Origin: an uncultured Clostridium sp.
GTDB taxonomy: Bacteria > Bacillota > Clostridia > TANB77 > CAG-508
Direction of reading: 5' to 3'
Length of the DNA stretch: 64,000 bases
Assembly: GCA_947426525.1 (NCBI GenBank)
Contig: CANEEJ010000002.1
Span: forward strand, 13,563-77,562
Of the stretch, positions 9,689 through 20,772 are shown one piece after another. The position numbers and the translations under genes are program-made. The notes below the pieces were generated by a model. The model did no database searches. It was not told the DNA's origin and was given only the letters and a program-made list of their open reading frames with translations. Position 1 is the first letter of the stretch, and the number at the start of each line of letters is the position of its first letter.

Positions 9689-10889
9689 ATGAAAGAAACA
9701 AGAAATCTACAATTACCAGTAATCGGTAGAGTTCAACATCGGCGAGCAAATTTTGGTTAATGGAAAAACAAGAGTAAAAGACTATGGATATTTCATAGCA
9801 AAAATTCAAGAAAGTAATATGCAACAATACTTAAACAAGTTTGATGAACTAGTTAAGGGAAAAACAACTTTAGATATACAACTTTTAGAAAAAGACACAT
9901 TTACAATAAAAAGAGTTAGATATAATCAAGGAGGCGCAGCTTGTTATTGTATGGATGGCGAAGATACTGGACGAATAAAAGAAAAAAACTTATGGAAGCC
10001 AACTCCTTGTAATTCTAGTTGTAGTTATTTACAAAAAGATGCTAATGGAAAAACAGCATGTAATCGTATTGCTTGGTTAAAATTTTTTATTCCAGAGATT
10101 TCAATGGATCGAATATGGCTTATGAGAATTACTGGCCAACAATCAATAGACAATATAGATGCTTATTTACAATTACAACAATTACAAGGCAATTCATTAA
10201 ACAATTTATTTACTTTATTTCTAACACAAAAAGAGCAAACAAATTTCTTAGGAAAAACTTTCAATAACTATGTTTTAGATATCGTTAGAAAAGGAGATTT
10301 TATTTCTGAACCTCAAATTCCACAAACAGAACAAGAACTAAAAGATTTATCCACAAAAAACACTCAAAATGTGAATAACAATGTAGAAAAAGAGAAACAA
10401 AACACAGTTACAAAACCTGTTACTACTCAAAAGAGTAATATGGAAACTAAAAATTCTAAAAATACACAACCAAAGGAAGATAATAAACAAATACAAAATG
10501 AAACTAGTAATATAACAGAAACTAAAGAAACAACCAAGCCAAAGAAGCAAACTAAAAGTAAAACTAAAAAGGCTGAAGAAAAACCAAAAGAATCAACAAA
10601 TGAAAAACAACAAGATACTGAAAATTATGATAATTATTATGTATTTGAATCTTTATCTAGTGAAAAAATACAAACTAAGTCAGGTCCAAAAGATTATACA
10701 ATTGGAAAATTTTATGATATGCAAGATAAACAACACAACATTATAGTAAAACCTGAGTATGTGAGTGAATTACAAAATTGTGAACTAGGTACACTAGTAC
10801 AATTTACAGAGATTAAAGAAATAGAAGGTAAAAAGTTTGCACTAGATTTAAACTTTATTCAAAAAATGGAAAAAAATATAGCAGCATAA
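9689..10889 (+). CDS. Conserved mobile-element protein with a K/T/E/Q-rich linker; needs a +1 shift at in-frame CGG 9740-9742
   Basis: ATG 9689 with an AAGGAAG RBS. The 0-frame MKETRNLQLPVIGRVQH-CGG stops at 9758. Skipping C9740 gives ...GRVQHGEQILVNGKTRVKDYGYF..., which continues into track ORF 9753..10889. Ends ...KNIAA. Confidence 0.65.
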
Positions 10890-11005
10890 GAAAGGCACTC
10901 TTATACTACTGTTATTCGATAAGCCATTGGCTTTGATTTATATATATTATATACGAATCAAAATATAAAAGTCAATGTTCAAAAATAAAAAAAGGAGAAT
11001 TTACA

Positions 11006-11227
11006 ATGCACAATGAGTTCAAAGATGGTAGTGAGGTTATTGTAAAAGGTCCAGGAAAGAATGATGGAAAATATTACGATAATCAATTAGCAATAGTATT
11101 AGAACGAGATCCATACTTTAAAGACTATAATGTTAAATTCAAAGATGGTACAGAAGATTGGTTATCACCTAGATATTTACGAAAACCTATACTAGAAGGA
11201 AAGGAAATAAAAGAAAATGAAATTTAA
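11006..11227 (+). CDS. Small hypothetical protein
   Basis: 73 aa with a GGAG RBS; overlaps the start of the next gene. Confidence 0.5.
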   Translation: MHNEFKDGSEVIVKGPGKNDGKYYDNQLAIVLERDPYFKDYNVKFKDGTEDWLSPRYLRKPILEGKEIKENEI

Positions 11228-13203
11228 TTATGTAAAAACAATTCGGTTTTAGAAAGCACAAAAAAGTATTTGAAACTAATTTATATGACATAACTAAAAT
11301 AAGTGGAAAAAACAGGTCTGGTAAAAGTAATATATTATTTGCAATTGTCAATATTATTTTAGGAACAAATTTGACTGGAGATGAGAAGGCTTGTCTTATC
11401 AATAAAAAATGTGATGCTTCTTATGGAGAGCTACATTTTACAGATAATCAAGACCGTAATCACATACTTATTCGTGGAAAACATAGATTTGACAGTAAAA
11501 AAAATTTTATATCATTAGATGGCAAAATAGTAACACAGGCTGATTTAATGGGATTTTTCAAAGACAAAAAGTTACTATTATCTATTTTGAATCCTTTTTA
11601 TTTTTTAAATAAAAGACCTGGAGAACAGAAAGAGCTGGTCGATAAATATTTGTCAGATATAAAACCTAAAACTATATTTGATAAATTGAATACTAAGCAA
11701 CAAAATGATTTGATTCAAAAGTACTTTTATGTGTCTACTAGAGAAATATACGCTTTATTAAGTATTGAAGAACTAGAGCTTATATATAATGAACACAAAT
11801 TACAATCAATCACAGGAAAAGAATTTACAGAACTATCAAATAATGAACTAAAAGATGCTATATGTGAAAATATAAAAACTCTAAAAGATATTAAATATTA
11901 TGAAATGCTTACACCAAAAGAAAAAGAGGATTTTATAAATCTAAATATGCCTAATATTTTTATGGACATTGCTTACAATAATTTAAGCACAGAGGAACAA
12001 GAAATTTTAGAAGGTGTCCCTAGAGATATTCCTACATATATTTACGAGTTAAATCAAAATATAAAAACATCAGATCAAGCAATTACTTCATTAAATGGAA
12101 AAATAGAATATGCACAAAATATAGTAAATGAAAAATTACCAGCATATAACAAATTTGAAAAGGATGTCGAATTATCATTAGCAAGACAAGAACTTGCTTT
12201 TTTAAATACTAACCAAGATATTGTAAATAAGGAAAAACAAAAGCAAATAGTTGATAGTTTAGAAAAAGATATACTTAATAAGGAAACTGAAATTATAGAA
12301 CTTGAAAAGCGTATGACCGATGGTAAGAAAAAGTATCTTGCAATAAAAAGTGGAACTGTTTGCGATTGCCCTACTTGTGGTCAACATATTCAGGATAATA
12401 GCAAGATAAAAACAATAGAAAACATGAGACAAAGCTTAACTGCTGACTTTGAGAGAAAAAACCTATTAGATGCTCAAAAGAAAGACTTAAGCTCAAAATT
12501 AATGGTTGAAAAATGTAAATATCACGCATTAGAAGGAGAAACAACAATTGAAAAAAGCAAACAAATTGCTGTTGTTGAGGATAAAATCAGAAAGTTAGAA
12601 AATGAACAACTAGAAATAGAAAAAGCCAATAATGAGATTAGAATAAAAGAATCTAATATTAAAAATGCAAAATTAGATATTCAAAAGTTTAGCAACGAAA
12701 TACTATCTTATCAAACATTAATAAACAATTCAAAGGAAGCAAAACAGATAGTACAAAAGTTATATATATCATATATTGAAGAGAAAATGAAACTTGCAAA
12801 ACAATATTTAAAAGATGTTGATATCAAGTTTTACTCTGTTTTAAAAACTACTGGAGAAATCAAAGAAGATTTTATAATCACCTATAAAGGCTCTCCACTA
12901 GCTGATTTATCTAGGTCAGAAACAATTGCAACTGCTATTGAATTTGCTAATATGTTCAATAAAATTAGTCGAGTAAACTTACCTTTATTTATTGATGACT
13001 ACGAATCTTGTGCTGATTATAACTTTATTGAGGAATATTCAAAAAATACACAAGTTATCGTATCACAAGTAGCAAAAGGTCATTATCTTACAATTGCAGA
13101 TGCTAATAGTAACAATTGTACTATTATCAAACCTACTATAACAGGGTACAGAACAATAAATATGCACAAAAATAATGTAGCTGATATACAAAAGGCTGCA
13201 TAA
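11217..13203 (+). CDS. SbcC/Rad50/RecF-like AAA ATPase with coiled coil and a CxxC hook; needs a +1 shift at CGG 11244-11246
   Basis: MKFNYVKTI-CGG. Skipping C11244 gives GFRKHKKVFETNLYDITKISGKNRSGKSNILFAIV (Walker A GKNRSGKS), joined to track ORF 11371..13203. Mid-protein CDCPTCGQ lies in a long coiled coil. LPLFIDDYE is Walker-B-like. Ends ...IQKAA. Confidence 0.78.
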
Positions 13204-13304
13204 ATGGAAAAGGCAGAAATATCTGTCTTTTTCTTATTTAAGGAAACTACTGTAAAAGGCAATTGCCAAATTTCTTTATGGTAGATGGAAGGAAGGAAAT
13301 ACAT

Positions 13305-13721
13305 ATGAGAATTAAAGTTTTATTAGTAATACCAAATCAAGAGGTACAAGTGGTTAAAATACCAGCAAATTTAAAATTTATTAAAGCATTTATTGGAGAA
13401 AATCTTTTTAGATTAAAACTAAGTAAAGATACTATACTTATTGCCAATAAGGATGCTAATGTAGAGGATTTCAATAGAATTGTTGGAGAAAATATCATAC
13501 TTGGGACATTTTTAGTTGTCTCTATAAAAAACAATTGTAGAGTTAGTATGAAAAAGAAGGATATTAGGAGATATACTAATATGTTCAAATTAAGGAAACA
13601 CAAGAAAAAAATAAATATGTATAAAGAGGAATGGCTTGAAGAGTATTACTCAAAACAAAGAGAAATGAAACAAAAAAATGCTGAAAGAAACAAAAAGGAA
13701 ATCTTTAAAATAGCAGCATAA
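13305..13721 (+). CDS. DUF3846-like protein; ends in Ala-Ala
   Basis: MRIKVLLVIPNQEVQVVKIPANLKFIKAFIGE... The ATG at 13305 is preceded by GGAAGGAAGG. C-terminus ...FKIAA. Confidence 0.55.
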   Translation: MRIKVLLVIPNQEVQVVKIPANLKFIKAFIGENLFRLKLSKDTILIANKDANVEDFNRIVGENIILGTFLVVSIKNNCRVSMKKKDIRRYTNMFKLRKHKKKINMYKEEWLEEYYSKQREMKQKNAERNKKEIFKIAA

Positions 13722-13741
13722 TAGAAAGGAATTGAAATTTT

Positions 13742-14392
13742 ATGAATAATAAATTTATTGCAATGATTATATTAAATCCTAACATAGAAGTAGGAAAAAT
13801 TGACTTTATACAAAGTAATATTTCAGCTATATTTGAACAATGTAGCAAAATACAAAAAGTTTGGTTTTTAGGTAAAAAGAAACTTGATTACAAAATCAAA
13901 AAATATACTGAAGGATATCATTTAAAATTTGAAATAATGACAAAAGACAAAAAAGCAAAAGATATCGAAAGAATCCTAAAAAATAATAAAAATGTTATCT
14001 TTTCTATCATTATAAAAGATGAACAAGAGAGAAGTAACTTACCTATTATTAAAAAGAATCCCTTGCCTTTTAATAAGGTTAATCAAGTAAATACTTTAAA
14101 TATAAAAAATCAAGACAATAAAGTATATTTACTAATCAGCAAAAATCTAAAACTACCTTTTGCAGAATCAAATATTTTAGTAATGAGTAGTGATATAAAC
14201 AAAATTCTTGAATATGCAAATAAAGAGTTGCAAAGTTACATATATGTCAAAGGTTACAGAGCTTTAGTTGCAATGAAAAATATAAAAGATTTAGAAAAAG
14301 AATTAAAACACAAATGGAAAATTGAATTTGTCTTAGGCAACAATCCTAATATAGGACAAGAGCTATTAATACAAGAAAAATATTTAATTTAA
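13742..14392 (+). CDS. bS6-like N-terminal domain fused to a ~120-aa extension
   Basis: Residues 1-95 follow the S6 pattern (..IAMIILNPNIE...VWFLGKKKLDYKIKKYTEGYH..), comparable to WGKRRLAYEI..REGYY. Confidence 0.5.
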   Translation: MNNKFIAMIILNPNIEVGKIDFIQSNISAIFEQCSKIQKVWFLGKKKLDYKIKKYTEGYHLKFEIMTKDKKAKDIERILKNNKNVIFSIIIKDEQERSNLPIIKKNPLPFNKVNQVNTLNIKNQDNKVYLLISKNLKLPFAESNILVMSSDINKILEYANKELQSYIYVKGYRALVAMKNIKDLEKELKHKWKIEFVLGNNPNIGQELLIQEKYLI

Positions 14393-14409
14393 GGAAGGAA
14401 TGAAAAATT

Positions 14410-14694
14410 ATGAATAAATATGAAACAATTTTTTTAATGAAAAATGACCTTACAAAAGAACAAAGAAACAAAATAATTGATACAATAAAAAATTATATCA
14501 ATGAAAATGGAAAAATAAATAATACAGAGGATTTAGGAGAGAAAACTTTAGCTTATGAAATCAAAGAATATAAGAAGGCATATTACTACTTAATTGAATT
14601 TGATTCTAAATCTGAACAAATAACAGAATTACAACGAATTTATCGTATCAATGACGACATTCTAAAATTTATAGTAATAAGAAAAAATGATTAA
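14410..14694 (+). CDS. Ribosomal protein bS6 homolog (element-borne paralog)
   Basis: MNKYETIFLMKNDLTKEQ...DLGEKTLAYEIKEYKKAYYYLIEF...ELQRIYRINDDILKFIVIR is a clear S6 signature. It lies directly upstream of ssb, as in the rpsF-ssb operon. Confidence 0.8.
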   Translation: MNKYETIFLMKNDLTKEQRNKIIDTIKNYINENGKINNTEDLGEKTLAYEIKEYKKAYYYLIEFDSKSEQITELQRIYRINDDILKFIVIRKND

Positions 14695-14713
14695 GGAAAG
14701 GAAGAATTTGAAA

Positions 14714-15145
14714 ATGAACAAAATTATTTTATTAGGAAGGTTGACAAAAGCACCTGAAATTAGATATTCACAAACAAATGAAATGAAAGTTGCACTATTT
14801 ACACTTGCAGTTAATAGAAAATATGTAAAAACTGGAGAAGAAAGACAAGCTGATTTTATTAACATAGTGGCTTATTCAAAATTAGCAGAATTTTCAGAAA
14901 AATATTTAAGACAAGGGTTACAAATATGTGTATGTGGTAGATTACAAACTCGTAACTATGAAGATAAAAACGGAATTAGGCGATATGTAACAGAGATTAT
15001 AGCGGAAGAATTGGATTTTGCCGATAGTTTCAAAAAAGAAGATGACAGTATTTTAAATTCAGACAAACCAGTTAATACACAAGAAAATACTAATACAAAC
15101 ACTAACGAGGAAGTTTTCCCTAGCGAAGATGACCTCCCATTTTAA
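14714..15145 (+). CDS. ssb: Single-stranded DNA-binding protein
   Basis: MNKIILLGRLTKAPEIRYSQTNEMKVALFTLAVNR... OB fold with an acidic tail ending EDDLPF. The ATG at 14714 is preferred over 14687 (RBS AAGGAAAGGAAG). Confidence 0.92.
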   Translation: MNKIILLGRLTKAPEIRYSQTNEMKVALFTLAVNRKYVKTGEERQADFINIVAYSKLAEFSEKYLRQGLQICVCGRLQTRNYEDKNGIRRYVTEIIAEELDFADSFKKEDDSILNSDKPVNTQENTNTNTNEEVFPSEDDLPF

Positions 15146-15165
15146 ACAAAGAAAGGAATAAGAAA

Positions 15166-15594
15166 ATGGATATTATAAAATATACAAAATATACAAAAAA
15201 TGAACTATTAAAAATACTTAAAGAAGATGGAATTTTATTTGTTGAAACAAACTTAGGAGATAAATACATAATAAAAAAAGATAACTTGGCTGATTTTATT
15301 ATTCTTGAAGCTCAAAGGACAGGACATACTGTTGAAATGAATTTTTTTATGCCAGGAATTAGTGGTGTAGTTATGAGTACTTATGGTTGGTTTTTAAATA
15401 AAGCCAACCCTCTTTTAAGAGAAGAAATAATTGATAGACTAGTGTTATTACAAACAACAGATGAAGAGCCTAAAAAGGTCAAAGTTTTTGATATAAATAT
15501 ATTTGGAAAAATGCTTGATAACAATGAGATAGATAATGATATTAAAGATTACAACAGACTTTATCTAAAATACGAAAAAGCTCAAAATATATAA
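15166..15594 (+). CDS. Hypothetical protein
   Basis: 142-aa ORF with an AAAGGAA RBS. Confidence 0.5.
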   Translation: MDIIKYTKYTKNELLKILKEDGILFVETNLGDKYIIKKDNLADFIILEAQRTGHTVEMNFFMPGISGVVMSTYGWFLNKANPLLREEIIDRLVLLQTTDEEPKKVKVFDINIFGKMLDNNEIDNDIKDYNRLYLKYEKAQNI

Positions 15595-15618
15595 TATAAA
15601 TGGAAGGAGTATAAATTA

Positions 15619-15894
15619 ATGGAAACAAATATTATAAGTGTAAAATACGAAGACAATTATATGCCTAAAACATTCAGTGGTAAAGCATATAGTTACTATA
15701 CAGCAATTCCTGTTGAAGTAGGAAATTTAGTAATTGCTCCGACACAAAATGGAGATAAAATCGCAAGAGTATCAGAAATAAACATTCCAGAATATAAAGT
15801 AGAATTTTTTAAATCATCTTTGAAATTAATAACAGATAAAATTGATAGAGAAAAGTATTTGCAATCAAATGAAATACTAAAAGAGGTTGCTTGA
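15619..15894 (+). CDS. Hypothetical protein
   Basis: 91-aa ORF with a GGAAGGAG RBS; ends ...LKEVA. Confidence 0.5.
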   Translation: METNIISVKYEDNYMPKTFSGKAYSYYTAIPVEVGNLVIAPTQNGDKIARVSEINIPEYKVEFFKSSLKLITDKIDREKYLQSNEILKEVA

Positions 15895-15895
15895 T

Positions 15896-16288
15896 ATGAC
15901 TGGCATTGATATTGTGAATATTCTAATACCCAAATTACTTGATATGGACTTTATTGTTCATAGATACGATGCTTACTCGACAAGTTCTATTTACTTAAAA
16001 TTAGACTATGGCATAGCTTGTGGTATTCGTATAGCTGATCATCCAGGCAAAAAGAAATATAGTTACAGATTTAATATCATAAAAGATTTTAATGGAGATA
16101 AGGTCATTTTAAAAGATGGCCTTATTTGTCGCTTTTATGACTTTACTGAACTTGAAAAAGTATTAAAAGATGTGCAAGAAGAAAAGAAAAAGAAACTTTG
16201 TAGATACGGAATTAATAATTACAATTCTTATATGAAAAGAGAACAAAAAGAAAATGAACTTTTTAAAAGATTCAAAAAGGTATCATAG
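15896..16288 (+). CDS. Hypothetical protein
   Basis: The ATG at 15896 follows an AAGAGG RBS (the track used TTG at 15887). Confidence 0.5.
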   Translation: MTGIDIVNILIPKLLDMDFIVHRYDAYSTSSIYLKLDYGIACGIRIADHPGKKKYSYRFNIIKDFNGDKVILKDGLICRFYDFTELEKVLKDVQEEKKKKLCRYGINNYNSYMKREQKENELFKRFKKVS

Positions 16289-16305
16289 TTTGAAAGGAGA
16301 AATTT

Positions 16306-16722
16306 ATGGAAGGTTTAGAAAAATTAGAAATAGAAGTGTTAGAAATGAACAATTCTAGTGTTTCTGCAGTATTTGATTATTTAAAAACAAGAAAGGATTT
16401 ATATGAAAAATTTAATAATAAGGAAAAGTCCATAGAACAAATGTGGGATTATATATGTGATAAAGCTAGAAAAATGTCAAAAAATAATGTAGCAGTAGTA
16501 CAAGATAATCTTGTATTTATATGGGCTGTTAATTACTTTTGCAAGACTAATGAAGAATTAGGAATAAAAGAAAAGAAGACTAAAAAAGCAGCACCACTTT
16601 CAGCAGATGAGACAATTGAAAAAATTAATAAGAAACATTACGAAAAAGAAAGGCAAAAAGAAAGTGAACAAAAAAAGGATACAGACAATCAAATATCAAT
16701 ATTTAAGGAGGAACAAAAATAA
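16306..16722 (+). CDS. PcfK-like protein (the family that includes AcrIIA9-type anti-CRISPRs)
   Basis: 138 aa immediately upstream of a PcfJ-like gene. The pattern ..FDYLKTR..LYEKF...KSIEQMWDYICDKARK...VVQDNLVFIWAVNYF resembles PcfK. Assignment from memory, moderate. Confidence 0.45.
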   Translation: MEGLEKLEIEVLEMNNSSVSAVFDYLKTRKDLYEKFNNKEKSIEQMWDYICDKARKMSKNNVAVVQDNLVFIWAVNYFCKTNEELGIKEKKTKKAAPLSADETIEKINKKHYEKERQKESEQKKDTDNQISIFKEEQK

Positions 16723-18182
16723 TGGGATATATAAAAGTTGCCTACCGAGATATTTTGAGACAGCTAGACTATTATTCAGATCTCCCAAAAGGCTGGAATG
16801 AATTTATAAAAGAACAAGAAAAATATCATAATTTGGTTATAAAATCAAGCAAAAATAAATGTTTTTGTACTAATTGCCATCATCATTTTATTAGTAACAA
16901 AAAAATAAAAGAAGAAGTAAAATGTCCTAATTGCCATAACAAATATTTAATAAAAAGAAGTAACTTGCGTTATTATGAATTTAAGGACTATTTTTCTATT
17001 TTGGACAAGGTAAATGATACATTTGTAATTAGATATTTTGAACTAAAAACTATAATAGATGCTATACATGAACAACATTCTTCTGTTGTTGAATTTGCAA
17101 GAGAAATACCTACCAAAGATTATTACAGAGAAGTTTTTGTAAATGAAAGGGTTTCAAAGTGTCAATGTCATATATATATACATCATAGTAATAGTATCTA
17201 TTTTAATGAGAAAAAATGGAGAGAATATACAAGAAATTACTCGTTAATTGATTATTCAATAGTATTTCCAAACAATATAAAATCATTACTAAAGGATACT
17301 AAATATAAATATTCTTGTATATGGGATATAGCAAAGCACTCTACTTATATTGATTTACCCCAATTATTAAAAAATAATAATGAGATACCTATAATTGAGC
17401 GTTTAGCAAAAATGAAATTATATAATTTAGCATTACGAGCTAATAAATTTAGTAATTATGGTTCTTTTCAAAATGTTTTTGGAATTTCAAAGGACTATTA
17501 TTCTTTTATGAAAAGATACAACATAACATACAAACAATTAAAAATATTAAGGTTACTAAAAGAAAAAGATATTAATAAAATAAGATATTTAGAAAAATTT
17601 ATAAATTATGGTGATAGCATAACTGATTTAGAAGAAATTTCACAATATATTAGCTTAAATCGTTTTATAAAATATGCAAAGGAACATCGTGGAAAAGTGA
17701 ATACATATTTATATAAGGATTATTTAAGATTTGCTAAATTACTTGAGTTTGACTTAAAAAATAATAGATATGCTTTTCCAAAAAATTTAAAAAAAGAACA
17801 TGATAAATTAGAGAAACAATATGAGATTCAAAGTAAAAAAATTATTAATAACGCAATTGTTAAAAGAAGCAAGGAATTGTTAATTAATAAATATCAAAAC
17901 AATAATTTTATTATATTACCAGCTCGTACTTTAAAAGATTTACAAGAAGAAAGTAAGCAACAAAATAATTGTGTAAGGACATATGCAGAAAAGTATGCTG
18001 AAGGTACTTGTGATATTTATTTTATGAGAGCAACAAATAAACCCAAAAAATCACTTGTTACAGTAGAAGTTCAAAATAATGAGGTAGTTCAAAGCAGAAT
18101 AAAAAATAATAAGGATCCAGATGAAAAACAAATACGATTCCTACAAAAATGGGAACAAAATGTCCTAAAAGAAGCAGCTTAA
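16722..18182 (+). CDS. PcfJ-like protein
   Basis: 486 aa with N-terminal Cys clusters. The C-terminal LQEESKQQNNCVRTYAEKYAEGTCDIYFMR resembles the PcfJ core. Ends ...LKEAA. Confidence 0.6.
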   Translation: MGYIKVAYRDILRQLDYYSDLPKGWNEFIKEQEKYHNLVIKSSKNKCFCTNCHHHFISNKKIKEEVKCPNCHNKYLIKRSNLRYYEFKDYFSILDKVNDTFVIRYFELKTIIDAIHEQHSSVVEFAREIPTKDYYREVFVNERVSKCQCHIYIHHSNSIYFNEKKWREYTRNYSLIDYSIVFPNNIKSLLKDTKYKYSCIWDIAKHSTYIDLPQLLKNNNEIPIIERLAKMKLYNLALRANKFSNYGSFQNVFGISKDYYSFMKRYNITYKQLKILRLLKEKDINKIRYLEKFINYGDSITDLEEISQYISLNRFIKYAKEHRGKVNTYLYKDYLRFAKLLEFDLKNNRYAFPKNLKKEHDKLEKQYEIQSKKIINNAIVKRSKELLINKYQNNNFIILPARTLKDLQEESKQQNNCVRTYAEKYAEGTCDIYFMRATNKPKKSLVTVEVQNNEVVQSRIKNNKDPDEKQIRFLQKWEQNVLKEAA

Positions 18183-18206
18183 AAAATTAATAGGAGGATT
18201 AAAATA

Positions 18207-19064
18207 ATGAAACATAAATCAGATAAAAATAATGGAAATAAGACGAAAGAAGTATTTGAAAAAGTTGTAAATTATGTTCAAACTATTGTTGATAATGGAG
18301 AATATGAGAAATTTTTAAAATTCCAAAAAAGTTTTAGAGGTTATAGTTTCAATAACCTTATTTTAATTTTTTCACAGTTTCCTGATGCTACAAGAGTTGC
18401 TGGTAAATCTAAATGGATAAAATTAAAAAGAGAATTAGCACCTGGCGCACAAAAGATATTCATTATTGCACCAATACCAAGACAGTATAGTAAAAAAGTC
18501 AAAATAGTCGAGGATGGCAAGGAAGTCGAGCGTGTTGAAACATATAAATATAACTATTATAGATATGTCTATGTATATGATATTTCACAAACTATTGGAG
18601 AAGCAATCCCTTTAGAAAATTATAATATTAATAGTAACGAAATGTGTTATTTTTATGAAAAATTAAAAAATTTTAGTCAATTTCCAGTATATGAGAAGGA
18701 TTTGGATGGAGCTATACAAGGCTATTATAGTCCATCAAAAAAGGAAATTGTATTAAAAAAATCATTGTCAATAGACGATAAAGTATCAGTGCTACTACAT
18801 GAACTTGCACATGGATTATATGATGACTTTGATTATAAGACTGATAGAAATTTGTCAGAGGTATTTGTTGAATCAATTGCTTTCATTGTTGCAGACCATT
18901 TTGGACTTGATACTTCCCTTTGCAGTTTTAATTATATAACTAAATGGGCTAAGGGAGATCCGAAAGTTGTACTTGATTTAGGTAGCAAAATTCAAAAATG
19001 TGCAAATCAATTTATACAAAATATTGAGAAGTTTGAAATGCAAGAATTTGAATTTGCAGTTTAA
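18207..19064 (+). CDS. ArdC-like ssDNA-binding / metalloprotease-type antirestriction protein
   Basis: N-terminal FRGYSFNNLILIFSQFPDATRVAGKSKW (ArdC-N/DUF1738-like) plus HELAH (HExxH) in the C-terminal half. Confidence 0.65.
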   Translation: MKHKSDKNNGNKTKEVFEKVVNYVQTIVDNGEYEKFLKFQKSFRGYSFNNLILIFSQFPDATRVAGKSKWIKLKRELAPGAQKIFIIAPIPRQYSKKVKIVEDGKEVERVETYKYNYYRYVYVYDISQTIGEAIPLENYNINSNEMCYFYEKLKNFSQFPVYEKDLDGAIQGYYSPSKKEIVLKKSLSIDDKVSVLLHELAHGLYDDFDYKTDRNLSEVFVESIAFIVADHFGLDTSLCSFNYITKWAKGDPKVVLDLGSKIQKCANQFIQNIEKFEMQEFEFAV

Positions 19065-19080
19065 AATATGGAGGTACAAA

Positions 19081-19959
19081 ATGCAAAGTATTGTTAGTTA
19101 TGAGAACAGAGGTGATTTTGGAGATTCAAAATACAGAGGTAATTGTACTGGATATATAATAAGAGATTTAATTACTCAATTCTACCCTACCTCTAAACCT
19201 AAAAAATTTGTGGAAATATTTAGTGGTGGTGGTACTGGAAAGGATGTTGCTAAAAGTTTAAATATAACTAATAGCCTACATTTAGACTTAAATAATGGAT
19301 GGGATGCTTTAACAGATGAAATTCCTTCAGGAGCAGACTTTATTTTTAGCCACCCACCATATTGGGATATTATCTCTTATGAATCTCAAAGAAATTCGCA
19401 TTCTGAAAATGATTTATCAAATAAAATGTCTTATGAAGAGTTTATCAAAAAATTAAATATTGTAAATGAAAAAATATATCACTCTTTATTATATGGTGGT
19501 CGTCATGCTATCTTAATTGGCGATGTTAGGAAACAAGGGAAATATTATAGTATAATCAAGGATATGGACTGGCTCGGAGATTTAGAAAGCCATATTATAA
19601 AAATACAATATAATTGTGTTTCTGATAATAAAGTATATGCAAATACAAACTTTATTCCAATAAGGCACGAGCATTTACTAGTATTTAAGAAAAATCGTAT
19701 ATGGTTATTTAATAAAACTCATACAAGTACAGTTCAAATAAATATTATGGAAGTTACTAATATTACCTGGCGAGATTTAATACAAGCTACTATTCAATAT
19801 TTAAAAAATACAGCTACAATTGATGAGATTTACAATATTTTAGAAAAATCTAAAAAAGCACAAAATAATAATCATGTAAGAGAAAAAATAAGGCAAACGC
19901 TAAATAATAACCCTAACTTTAAAAAAATTAATAATAAATGGGTATTGTGTGTTGAATAG
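19081..19959 (+). CDS. Orphan DNA methyltransferase (N6-A/N4-C type)
   Basis: FSGGGTG (AdoMet FxGxG) followed by SHPPYW ((D/N/S)PPY-type catalytic motif). No adjacent restriction gene recognised. The ATG at 19081 follows a GGAGG RBS. Confidence 0.7.
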   Translation: MQSIVSYENRGDFGDSKYRGNCTGYIIRDLITQFYPTSKPKKFVEIFSGGGTGKDVAKSLNITNSLHLDLNNGWDALTDEIPSGADFIFSHPPYWDIISYESQRNSHSENDLSNKMSYEEFIKKLNIVNEKIYHSLLYGGRHAILIGDVRKQGKYYSIIKDMDWLGDLESHIIKIQYNCVSDNKVYANTNFIPIRHEHLLVFKKNRIWLFNKTHTSTVQINIMEVTNITWRDLIQATIQYLKNTATIDEIYNILEKSKKAQNNNHVREKIRQTLNNNPNFKKINNKWVLCVE

Positions 19960-19974
19960 AAAGGAGTTTTTATT

Positions 19975-20298
19975 ATGGTTATTGATTATGAAATAAGTAA
20001 ATATGAAAAGGAAAAAAAGCAAATAGAAATAAAAGATACTAAAAATGTATTTTTGAAAGGGACAAATCCTTATGATGGTTTAAATACTTATTTTGGAATA
20101 TGGACTAAAAATGACGGATTAGCAATAGTAAATATAACAAGTTGGCGTAATATTAGTTATAAATATTACTTGGATAAAAATATGTCTACTAAAGTAGATA
20201 TAGAACTATATTTGCAACATAACAATAATATAAAAGTTATATCAAAGGAAGAATTAAAAAAAGAAATAGACCATGTTAGGTCAATATTAGAAATATAA
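19975..20298 (+). CDS. Hypothetical protein
   Basis: 107-aa ORF with an AAAGGAG RBS. Confidence 0.5.
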   Translation: MVIDYEISKYEKEKKQIEIKDTKNVFLKGTNPYDGLNTYFGIWTKNDGLAIVNITSWRNISYKYYLDKNMSTKVDIELYLQHNNNIKVISKEELKKEIDHVRSILEI

Positions 20299-20361
20299 AA
20301 TAAAAAGTGTAAGGGACTTGAAATGAATCGAGTTCCTTTATTCTTACATAAGGAGGCTATT

Positions 20362-20550
20362 ATGAAATATTATGATAAAAAAATGTATGAAATGGAAGAA
20401 AAAATAAAAACAGCATTATTCACACTATTAATATTTACAATATCATTTCTATTAGGAGCATTTATAGGAAATATGGATGTAAATAATAAAGAACATCAAA
20501 TAAAACAATTACAAATGGAAATAGATAATTTAAAAAAACAAATAAATTAG
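20362..20550 (+). CDS. Small single-pass membrane protein
   Basis: The ATG at 20362 follows AAGGAGG. TM segment ALFTLLIFTISFLLGAFIG. Confidence 0.45.
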   Translation: MKYYDKKMYEMEEKIKTALFTLLIFTISFLLGAFIGNMDVNNKEHQIKQLQMEIDNLKKQIN

Positions 20551-20565
20551 AAAAGAGGTAAAACT

Positions 20566-20766
20566 ATGCCAAATACAAAAGAATTAGAAATAAAATGGGA
20601 AAAATCAAAAAATAAAATAAATCAATTGTTAGAGAAAAATGATAAATCTACTGTAAATATGTTTAAATTTTATAAATTATATATTCAATCACCTTTTGAC
20701 AAAGCATTAATGAAATTATTTGAACTTGTATTTAACGGTTGGTATAAAGAAAAAATGGAAGGATAA
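20566..20766 (+). CDS. Hypothetical protein
   Basis: 66-aa ORF with an AGAGG RBS. Confidence 0.45.
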   Translation: MPNTKELEIKWEKSKNKINQLLEKNDKSTVNMFKFYKLYIQSPFDKALMKLFELVFNGWYKEKMEG

Positions 20767-20772
20767 TGAAGA

